NCBI GenBank assembly: GCA_025201805.1
Contig: MU619243.1
Span: 62,001-126,000, forward strand
DNA: 64,000 bases
Direction of reading: 5' to 3'
Origin: Parasitella parasitica NRRL 2501
Taxonomy: Eukaryota > Fungi > Mucoromycota
Position 1 is the first letter of the stretch. Each line of letters begins with the position of its first letter. Of this stretch, positions 40,030-51,069 are shown in pieces. The position numbers were made by a program, and so were the translations under genes. The notes beneath the pieces were generated by a model. It saw only the letters and a program-made list of their open reading frames with translations. It ran no database searches and was not told where the DNA came from.

Positions 40030-41060
40030 TACAATCTTTATTAATATATAAACATTAAAATAAAACTACATAACTATGCACTTCTTGGTTTTTATGGTAC
40101 TACATGTACCATAATACTAACACAATCAACCGCGAGAAGGTGAGTGCACATCTGATTGCAGCCCCCAGAACTCAAGACACCAGCTAGGAAAGGGTAATTA
40201 CTTCCCACATTTACCGGCATGGAGGACCAAACGCGCTATCTAACTAAGGTTAGGAGTAGAACAAGTTGAATTGTTCTTTTTAGTAAACCCTAACTAGTAC
40301 TAGTGCTGCCCGCCTACTTAAGTGCATTTACTAACATCAGCTCCAATCTGCGAGCCATATGTCTCCAGGGATAAGCCTACCTTCATTTCCCTGTAGTTTT
40401 TTCCGGCTGGCAGACAGAACACGAGCGGTAGATCTTCCCCTAAACCCTATAATGTTCGAAAAATGTGAGCATAAGGTTACTCGGATGGTAGGGCAGAGCC
40501 TTTCACCCGATGTTTGTGTTGGACAAACACTACTCGCATTATTTCAAGGGTTAGCTTTACAAGGGAGCCGACTCCAAGTAACCAGGTTGGATCTGTACAC
40601 ATGCATAGCCGGTCCTTTAGTCACGTTCTTGTAGATGTTTTCAGGCGTGGTAAAGAAGAAAAAGAAAAAGAAAAAGAAAAAGAAAAAGAAAAAAGAGGAA
40701 ATGGAAACTCATGGAATAACCACCCGTTTTTTCATGAAAACAAGTCTCTTTCCGCAGCCATCTTTGAATGTGCTATAGGTGTGGGTAAGGCGAGTAAAGA
40801 GCATTCATACTGCTGTCAGTTTGACTAGCGTTTAGATCTGTGTTATACAACGGCAGCTTTGACATCCACTATGGTTCCACATCTTTGATGCATTTGGTAG
40901 TAGAATGTTCTTTCTTTTAGCTCCTATCCAAAACAACCCTGTAATTCCTTCAGGATTGGTTCCGAAAACAAAGCTTGTTTTAACCAAGCAGATAGCTTGA
41001 AGGTGGCTCAAAGCAAAATGTATTTTGGGAGCACTCTTACTAGACCCATAGACTTGAAAG
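40030..41060 (-). ncRNA. Candidate ~1-kb structured long non-coding RNA (identity unknown)
   Basis: TATATAAAT at 41082-41090 and AATAAA at 40037-40042 on the minus strand. No minus-strand ORF of 60 aa or more in the ORF track. Many hairpins and long-range stems whose mismatches become G-U pairs only on the minus strand. Confidence 0.45.
40658..40693 (+). repeat. (GAAAAA)6 microsatellite
   Basis: Six tandem GAAAAA units. Confidence 0.9.
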
Positions 41061-41172
41061 CTGACACAATGAGAGTGTTGATTTATATAAGAATATTAGA
41101 TATCTTTGCTAATCATTGTGCACAGGTTAATTTTTTTTTTTTTAATAAATATTGCTTTTATTTCGTGGGTTA

Positions 41173-44100
41173 CTACCGCGAATCATCTTTTTTGACTGTG
41201 CGTCTCTTTTCTAGTGTCAAATTTGAAGAGTCTTGACTGCTGCCAGCCGATGGAGACAAAGCCAATATATTCGATGAGGCTGTCCTTCTTGTATCGGCTT
41301 GCAAAGCGCGGTCAAGAGATCGAAAAATCTCATCGTCAATGTAATACGCTTGAAACAATCGTTCCAGCGTGTAAATCCTTTCTTCGATGAGTGCCATTCG
41401 AAGTTCACTGCCTCTTTTGCCTGTCATTTCAGAAAAATCAACGATAGGCGATGGCGATAGCAGACAATTCTTGTTTTCCTTTTTATCTGTTGGAATGATC
41501 AGCGGATGAAGCCCATGTTTTGAGGTTGATGAAGCATTGTTTGGTTGATCAAAGTATTCAGTGTGCGCACTGATGTTTTGAGGTGTGTTAATAGAGGAAG
41601 ATATAGAGAAATCGCTCGTTTGGCGCTGCACTGGTTGTGCAGATGATTGTTGAGCAAGGGGCAGATGGGTTGAAAATGCTTTTATGGTAGACGGAAAGAA
41701 ATTAGTGTGGAGTCCATTCAAAAGCGACAATCTAAATTGACCAAAGGACCATCGATGCATATATCCCCATGGTGATCTCGGTCGATAGCCAAATAAGCAT
41801 GTTTGCAAGCTAAACAGTAGGCCAAATAGGCCACCAAAAATGCCAATTGCATTAATAAATGCAAAAGCTTTCTGCTCGCGCAGTACTTTTGTTTGATAGT
41901 TCGACGGAAATACGTGCAATGATCCAAACGGTTGCGCAGAACTTGCTAGAGGGTTATATTCCATCGCAAATGACTCGGAAGCTGTCATGGTGTCTATTTC
42001 ATAGTGAGTGGTGACAGCAGGGGCGATACCAATGTAATTCCATACGCTTGTTTTGAGTGAAATACGTTTGATCAGCTCAAAGCTGATGGTGCTCATCAAC
42101 TGTGTGCTTAGTCGGTATGCGTTTTTAGAGGCTTGTCCAGCAAGGTCGTATTCAGCGCGGTACATGTTTTCCTCCTCGATGCTATCCCACTGAAATGCTA
42201 AGGATGTTATATTTGGTATGGACTGGCTTAGCGTAGATTTGTATAGCTCCAAGTTGGGGTCGTGCAGCCTATTGTATAGTTCTATCTTCACCTGTCGCTT
42301 ATTGTCAAAAACTGCCGTTTTGTTTTTACTTGTACTGTAATAATCAAATTTAAGGAATGATCCTCTGCTGTTGAGTGTTCGTTTAGATAATTGGCCCAGG
42401 CTAAACATAGATGGTGCCCTGAACAAGGAGCAGGCAGTATGTGTTCCATCGGCATTCGTTTGTGTTGGTAGCTTGTACAAGAAATCAGAACATTGGGCTC
42501 CGAAATCAGTTGAGCATCGAATAGTAGGTTCATTAGCGTCCTCCAAGTTTTCAAAGCAGAACTTGACATCTATATACTTAGGATGAGACCTTTTTTTTTC
42601 TCGTGCACTGCAACACACAAGGAATTTTACCTGGGACATCAACTAGCATTTGTTCACTTGATTCGTATGACAGTTGATCTATGGTAGGGCTATTCAAGAC
42701 TTGGCTTGTCAGCGTGAATATCAGATAAATAAAGAGCATCAGAAACAGTGTCTTTAGTAATAGCCTGGCTGATTCAGCCCAGCCAGGTTCTCCTACTCTC
42801 GGTTGCCACACTTCTTTTTTCAAGCCTTTGTAAAATTGAATAACTTTTGCATGGAATCGCTTTAATCCAAAAGTCCATATTGCAATGATATACAAGAAGA
42901 TAAATGCTGACAAAATGCAACCAATAGCTATCCAAATCACGGCGCTCCTTAGGCTGCCATTTTTGTTGAAGATTGAATTTACAATTGCTTTCTCTCCCAG
43001 GCCTCTTGCTGTTGCTGGCGGCTCCCACATCTCTTTGGTTATGTCAAATACATGAAAATTATCGTAAGTCGTTTGATAGTTGATCCCTGTTCAAAACGAA
43101 ATCAATGGTCTGTAAGATTCTTGTTATGACAAGTGTTTACCGAAACCAAACACCACTTTTGTTGCGTTAACTAGGGATATAGAGGAATGCGATTGAGGAA
43201 GAGGCTGGAATATCGATGACTTTGGAACTCTCCATGTCCATGTATCTGTGTCAAGGATTGCTGCCATATTTTCTAGTTGACTTCTTTGACTTCCTATATA
43301 TGTGTGATATGGTGCCTGAACATCATTTTGACCTACAATAGTTACATTTAGTTTCATATAGAGACCTGAATCCTTGAATACTTGCCTCCACAGATGAAAA
43401 TACTATTATTTGATCCTAAATAAAACGATTAATCTTTTGTTGACGTTATTTTTTTTTTTTACCCTTTGTCAAATTTACCCAACACTATTGCGCTGTGAAA
43501 TGTCCTTTCTTTAGGTATATCTCCATTTACCGCGGGTGGGGCGTTCCATTTTGATGGAATAGTATCGAATACTGCTATATCATTCATGCTGAATAACTGA
43601 AAGTTGGCTTGATTTTTACCTTGAATTGCGCTAAAATCATTTGCTGCGCAGTCGTAGCCACCGATTATTACCATATTTCCATCACTTTGATGAAAAAAAG
43701 AAATAGTTAAGCGAAACATATATGTAAGCTGCTTCACTCGTATTTTACCTTAACATGCTTGCAGTATGTCCACAACGTGGTTTGATGCTAGTGGGAACAT
43801 ATAATTTCTTCCACATAGAGCTTGACAAGAAATACATCCAAAAATCATTTTGAGGGCTAGTAGTATTTCTACCACCAAATATATAAACATCATTGCTGTT
43901 CAGTGACGACAGCGCAACTGAATGTTCTTTTCTGTACAAGGGAATGTCTGTTGTTGTGGATTCAACCTTCAACCATCCGTTTTTAGTGCGCACATCAAAC
44001 TGAAAGACAGATAATTGAACTGGTATGCTGTAATTTCTGCCATTTTTGTCGCGTTGTTCATCCATTGCAGTTGTAAAAATAGCAATACCATCCAGCCTAT

Positions 44101-44446
44101 TTGCAGGTACTCCAAATGAGTCAGGAAGATATGGCTGGAAAGCACCGTTTTCCAGTGTTGGCTGCGTGTCATTCGTGGCCTGGTTATCCCAATTAGATGA
44201 AACAATGCTGCTAACTAGTGGTGTCAGGGGCGTGCCGGTGATTATCTCGTTTGAAGAAATTGGCCATACACTACTGGTGATATTTTTGTTTATCGTAGCT
44301 GTCTTTGATCTGCTAAAGCCATATAGGTAGATTGTGTTATTAATCGTAATTGCTGATGAGCTACCAATAATTGATATTCCCTTACTGGAGGCCGTGTTGG
44401 GATTTTCGTTACTTGACATCCATTTTGGTGATTGCTGGAACTCCAT
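41173..44446 (-). CDS. Kelch-repeat beta-propeller fused to a DEG/ENaC-like two-TM module (3 TM in total); ~6 exons
   Basis: Kelch motifs RKEHS...VYIFGG, PRCGHTA, MVIIGG, ERTFHSA, IFICGG and PQSHSS...VFGFG. Exons join in frame to TM0 (VIWIAIGCILSAFIFLYIIAIW), TM1 (LLLKTLFLMLFIYLIFTL), VPDVKFC and EQKAFAFINAIGIFGGLFGL. Confidence 0.8.
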
Positions 44447-44776
44447 TTTGAACGTGAAAGAGAGGAGATTTCAATAATTGAGGAGAAGAAACTCTGGTTG
44501 AAGAGGGAGTGAAAATCTCTATACATTGGAGTATGTGCAACTGCATAGAATTTCTAAAGATCGACATGAATAGGGGGTAAGAAAGAGATTCTATTTTTCT
44601 ATTTACTTTTTGAATGTTACAAAGGCTCTTGTTATTGTATTTGGAATATAGATCATCATCAATTGCCGTATCGTCAAAAATGTCTGCAAGAATCCAAAAC
44701 AATCGCAACTCTTCAATTCTTAAAAGGCTTATGTGTATAAAATGCAAACTACTCTTTTTTATTTTTATTTATACTA

Positions 44777-46473
44777 TTACTTTTTTGCGCGAGGGTATAC
44801 TTTGCCTATACGAGCAACACTCTCTGCAATTCCGACACTCTGACCACTGAATTGATAGACGAGATAAAAAGATCTAAAGAAGGGGCCGCCTAAAAACACG
44901 TTTACGTTGTCTGTTCCGCCAGTAATAGCTGAATAGCAGCTATCACTGCTAGCGCTGCTATTAGGTCTGTCATCTTCCAACTTGTAAATATACTGTTGCG
45001 GGGGGATTTCAGCGTCAATGCCTGCGCCGAATTGGAATACTAGCGATGGGGCTGTAGTGTATGCAGAGCATGAGATGGTATACAAATTCAGGGCCTCATT
45101 GTAAATTGCGCCAATGGCTTTGTTCATTGCGTCTGCAGTACTCCTAGGCACTGTGAGCACAGGGCTGCTAGAATACACCTTTCCATAAGCCCCTGATTGG
45201 AATGAAAATTGCTGATCTGTCTTTTCTGTCGAAGTGTTGGTCTGCTTGAATCTGAATCCCTGAATAGGAATCTTCCAAAATGGAGAACTAAGGTCGGAAA
45301 CAGGGGCTAATGGCAATTGATAAATAGGGCCTGTATACAATGAATCATCTATGCCTAGTATATGTTTGAATTAAATAACAAAATTTTCTGTTTCCAACAA
45401 GTGCATCGTAAATTACCTAAAATCCAAAAGAAAGAATTTAAAATAGAATCCAGAAAAGGGCCTCGTTTTCTAAAGTTTGCAGATCCAGTCGTGTCAGCTC
45501 CTGTAGAATAGCGATCTTCACCAGCTAATGTCATTTATGAGAAAATCTGCCGATTTTGATAGGTAAATGCTTTCTATATATCTACCTGCCCTTCTTGCTT
45601 TAAAAGCACCAGGAAACAATGCAGACGGTATTTCCTTGGGGTCCACATTGAATCTTGTTTTGGTCCAATCGATACTTCCAAAATCACCCATCCCGAGTCT
45701 TGCATCTATGTATTATACAAGAGCTTTTTTAATGCATATTGAATGTCGCAAACCAGTATATACATTACTAGCAGGAGGCAAATATCCCTTGGGATAATCT
45801 ACTTGATAGGCTTCAGCTATTAAATGAGGAGGAAAGGGAATGTTTTCAAATTGCATGACATCCTAACACGCACATATATATATACTAATTAGCACATAAA
45901 TTATGTCTATATCGCAAAGTGAACACCTACAAGTTCAGGCTTAAGTTGGACATGTGTACCATCAAGATAAGAAAGATCAACTCGAAGAGGAAATTTATAG
46001 TTTGTTGAAGATTGATTTGCATGGAATTTTGTATTGTCAGGTTCTGCTAAACAAGCACTTGACGTACATTGATCAGACATTACCCAAGTTACTGGGGACG
46101 CGGTATCAAAGATTCCAACAAAATCTTGTTTTGGTGTACCTAGATAGCCAGAGAAAATAGTCAATAATCGATGTCTTTTAGTATAAATAGGCTATTGGTT
46201 TTACCAATGGAAAAGGGCAATGTGGGCTATAATCATGAGTCAAAGTTAGAATTACGAGCAACTATATAAACTAGCACCAAAAAGACCTACCACTCCTCTA
46301 ACGTATTTCAAGGGAATTCGAGGTGGATGTATTCCATACTTTGGGAAATTGAATATTTGATCTTGGATGGTAGGAAATGCTGGAAATGTAACAGCTGCTG
46401 AAGATGATGAAATGATTGCTGAACAGGTTGCAATTATCCCAATTATCAAGGATTTGTGATTGATTTTGCTCAT
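44777..46473 (-). CDS. Secreted pepsin-family (A1) aspartic protease homolog, predicted catalytically inactive; multi-exon
   Basis: Signal peptide; SIGTPKQDFVGIFDTASPVTWV; GFLGF..FWILGIDDSLYTG; second lobe GKVYSSSPV in place of DTG; CYSAITGG..VFLGGPFFRSFYLVY. Confidence 0.85.
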
Positions 46474-47881
46474 AGACTTGTTATATTATACTGGATACTT
46501 TTTTCTTTTATTTTTGATGTTTTTGTGGAGAGAAAGAGTTAGTAATCAATGCAAAGAGCTTCTTGAATTTTTATCAAGATGATCCAAGAAAGCTTTGTGT
46601 TTAAATTCAGAACTGCTACAGTAAGGAAACCGAGTCTAAATCATGTCAGGGGAGAGTATACACTACATATGTAAGTAGTTTTACATGGCAGAGATACAAC
46701 ATAAATAAGAACTTGTTAGGAGGCATATCTACATACATCGTCGTTACACCTATACTTGAAAGATGTTCAAGATAAAGTATAGTAAAACGCTCCTACTCTA
46801 CCTCTCCCTTTTTTTTTTGTTTCACCCCGTAAACTTTAATTTCAGTTAATTTAGGCCATGTATGCATGTTTATTTTCTTCATGGTGCTCTTGCCCTTCTC
46901 ATAATAAGAAAGCGAAGTTGGTTTTTCTTTTATTTGAAAAAAAAAGTGGTGAAATCAATTCGGGATAAATCCACAAATACATATTAGATGTATCAGAAAT
47001 ATGGTTGGGTAACATGTACGTCTTCATTTAGTCATCCTAGTAAAAATAATACGAGTTGTCTTCACCCCCTCCGAATTATATGGTAAAAAAAAAAACTCAA
47101 CCTTCGCTTCGTCACGGTGATCTTTCCCACTTTCGTTCTAATGGGGGGTTCGCTGCTCGCGCATGCAGTTGGCTGTCTCTCGTAGCACAATACAAATCGA
47201 AGAGTTTTTTTTTTTTTTTTTTATTTTTTTTTAGGAAGATATTGTTATTTGTGTGTTCTTGAATTTGATAGATAGATTCATGTCACATTCCCTGCTAATT
47301 CTTCTCAAAAGACTGACCTTACATTCCGCAGGAAACAGCGTAACAGAATTTCGAAGCAGCAAGCCGATATTCAGTAGTATTTGTTGTATTGTTATGGATG
47401 CTATTGTTATTTTGACTTCGCTGATGTCATGAAAACCGTTCCTGGATCGGATCGTCTAAAACTGTCAGATGTCGGTAATCTTATTTGAACAATTGTCATG
47501 CATAGGTATAAGAAACCATCTATTTTGATTTTGCTTATTTTAAGCTTATTCATAGACGCATGACTCATCAAACATTCATATTGGTTAGCTGATTAAATAT
47601 ACAAGTTAATCTTGTTGTTAACAATTATGCAAAGAAAAAAAAGGTTTGCTCATAAATTTTGATAGACACGTCTCCCCGTGTAAATAAAGTATATTAATTA
47701 AAATAGCTCTGATCCTGTGTCAGCCTTACGTGAATCAATTCATATTTTGTTCTATATATATTTTTATGCTTTTTTTGATATGAAAGTTTGTGTTTTCTGC
47801 TTATGACTTTGTAAATATATATATATTAATATGATGACATTGATATTTCCGTGTAGGCAATTTGGATAATGGAATTGTAGG

Positions 47882-50501
47882 TTACAGATTCATTAGAGGT
47901 GTATGCTGTGTTCCTTTAGGGTATACTATTAGTGTGGCCAAGAATAGGCCGAGCGTAATACCTAAAAAAAAAAAAAAAAAAAAGTGTTAATATTCCGTTA
48001 TGCATTTTAAAAACAAAACACTTACCGATGGAAGCTTCGATCATGGCTAATGCAAAACCAGCACCTTGAGTTCCAACTTCATCTGTACCACTAAATAGAC
48101 CAATTGCAGCCTTCAAGCCCAAACTGCTAGGCACAAGATAAAATACACCTAGCAATACCGCGTCAAACGACATTTTGCCTGTAAACTTTGATAAGCAGTT
48201 GCCAATGAGGCCCAAGCCGAATGAAGGAACGACTTGAAGGATTTGAGATGGGGCATGTGCCCAGCATGCCAAAGAGTAATTGATTAAATAGCCACAAGCT
48301 GAGACGGAAGCCATGATAGGCCATCTTGGAGGACGTGCACGCAAGTAAACACAATAAGCAGTAGCAAATAGCGGAACCATGAGAAAGTTAAACCATTGAG
48401 ATTCACTCGAGATACAAGTAGTTGCACTGGATGCTAATTTGCAGACATCGCTTTGAGTTGTATTAGCAGATTTGTCCATAGTCATGTATAGCTCAGATCC
48501 CATAGAAACACCATAACCTAGCAAAAACGAATAAATGATGGCATACACCATACGAACGACACCGCTCACTAGTTGCCTAGAAACCAATTCAATGATCGCA
48601 ACTGCCATTGGGTAGCCTGGCAACACAATGATGAAAGAGGAAAATGCAATGGGTGTAAAGCAAAAGCCAAACTTCTGTATCCCTCGAGCGACAAATCCGA
48701 TTAATATACAGACAGTAATCTCCCAAATAGGTTGGAAACTAGAGATAGCAGCAGAAAAGATTTCATTTGAGGCAAAAACCACTGGTTAAACAAATAGTTA
48801 GATTTATACACAGACACATTTAGTAATAAGCGAAAACACTTACTGCCAAGAGCTGCTGCCACACCAGCTTCTTGCCATCTACCTCCGTAAAAAAGCACGC
48901 AGCCAGAGAATGCAGCTAGAGCATACACAAATGGGTGTAACCAAAGAGGGTAGATAGGCGGTTGATTGTATACTTTATCAATAAATTCCAAAGCTTCATC
49001 CACAGATACTTCGCCATGAGCAACCAATTTCTCCAAACGGTAAATATCTGCCAAGCGATGCATTTCGAACGTCTGCGATTGCCGAATAAAATGTGTTTCA
49101 GTAGTATGAGTGGTAGAATCTATAAACGTAACCAACATAACATTGGGTATAAAGACATATTCAGCATCCACGGCAAGTGTGCGAGAAACTTGACGCATGG
49201 CATATTCTAACCGATGAGCTGGACAGCCATAAAGCATCAAAGATTTACATAATTTGCGCAAAAACTCTTGCTTTTGTAGAATATTGGCAATTTCAAAGGT
49301 AATTCGAATACGATCTTCAAGCGTTATAGGTTCAAATTGAGATGCGGTGGTCAGCATGCTATCGTTGGAAGATCTACGAGAAAATGACGGTGCTACGGAT
49401 TTCTTTCGTTTTTCAAGACTAGGTACGACATATTTGGAAGAGGCTACACCCGCAAGCCAACTGCTAGGTCGATTCACTAATGGCGGGCGTTGCGGTCGAT
49501 GCGTTGGAAGAATATGGCCTGAGGCTTCTGATAAGGGATCAGTGTTGGAGTGGAGAGGGTAATTAAGTAGCGAAGAGGGTTTATTTTTCTTGTTACGTTT
49601 CATTTTTAACGCCTTCGTTTTTTCAACACAAAAATACAGTACGTGAGTATCAGTATACAAATTTAATATATTAAACATTGGTAGCCCAGCTTACATTTTT
49701 ACTCTTTCTACGTTTCTTCCTCTTTTCTCCATCTTGTCTTTTGACTTCTAATTTCATTAAACTGGCTAGAATACTACCACCACCTAGGCTATGATGAGGC
49801 GATTGTAATTCAACTTCTTCTTCATGCTCATGCTGAGTATGTCTACTATGCATTATCGTGCCAAGAGGATCAGGTGTGTGGTGCTTATGGCCTATTTTAG
49901 TACTCAGCATTCGTTGTACCAATGCTGCCGACTCAGCAACGTGGTCATGGAACCGAACATGACGATCTTTGGCTTCATCCTTATCTAAAGCTGCTTCGAC
50001 TAATGTATTGGCTGCAGAGTCATCCAAAGAAAATTCTGCTTTATGGTGATCATTATTCAAAGACGGCAATTGACTCATTGCCCTCGACGCATTGGGGCTA
50101 TCAAAAGACGCATCTCGATGGTAAGGATAAACGTTAACGGTAGCACTCTCGCTATCAGTATCGGTGGTAATGGTTTCATTATCGGTACTTGTAAAAGCTG
50201 CACTTTGTCTTTGCTGGCATTTGATATCTGGATGTAACATAGCTTGAGATGAAGAAACACTCGAAGGAACAGGAGACTGTGAGACATCTACAGGTTCAAG
50301 GACATGACATTCTGTACTGGTAGTCAAGGCTAGTTCGGGCAATCTAGGCCACGAACTTGAAGATTGCAATGTGTCTGGTCTGACAGGTGAGGCAGGAGTG
50401 TGGATGATTTCTTCATCAATGCCATTGCTTCTGTTACTGCTTTCATTGTCATTTCCCCGATTCTTCTTTTTGTTATTCTTTCGCTTGAAAAATCGATCCA
50501 T
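47882..50501 (-). CDS. PRM10: Prm10/DUF1212 (ThrE threonine/serine exporter family) membrane protein; ~4 exons
   Basis: GGSILASLMKL, RIRITFEIANILQKQEFLRKLCKSLMLYGCPAHRLE, VLPGYPMAVAIIELVSRQLVSGVVRM and GITLGLFLATL; about 10 TMs. Confidence 0.9.
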
Positions 50502-51069
50502 AGTAGACCAAGAAATGTGTTGTAAAGTTGAATATCCTAAACAAAAGCAGAAAAAAAAAAGATAAAAAGATTAAAAAGATTAAGGAAAAAAAAAATCATC
50601 ATCATCAGAGACATTTTATATGATTATATCTGATAACCGCAACACATTGATTCAGACAATTTGTATGATCAGTAGATTTATATCACCTAGTTTCTTATAA
50701 AAACATTTCTTTATTGTTTTGCCTCAAACGACAAGACTTACAATATTTTGAGACACATGAATTTACTACAGAAGTAAATATCATAATCATTGTCTGTGTC
50801 GCAGAAGTCCGCCATTTCCTCCTAGACTCCCTTCAAGATCAGCCCACTTTTTGGGCCCCCAAATCCTATCATGAAACATGTCTATTTTGACATATTCACC
50901 AATTAAATACATGCCCACGAACGTTGCAAAATGCTGTTGTTAATCAAAACTCACCATTTTACTTCATGAGTCTCAGTGAATGTAAACTCTCGAATTGTTT
51001 AAATCAAAACCAGTTATATTTACTAAATTTTATTACTTTTTAAAAAGCGTATAAAAATTGCTTGTCAAA

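Noticed and set aside
40284-40449. Plus-strand telomere-like words AACCCTAAC and CCCTAAACCCTA
   Set aside because: Single isolated words, not an interstitial telomeric array, and on the strand opposite to the one favoured by the TATA, polyA and G-U evidence.
40359-40828. Plus-strand ORFs of 91 and 104 aa in the lncRNA interval
   Set aside because: No domain; one is held open by the GAAAAA microsatellite (KEKEKE); transcription signals point to the minus strand.
47420-47436. CTGATGTCATGAAA resembling a hammerhead ribozyme core
   Set aside because: Lacks the invariant CUGANGA and the flanking stems.
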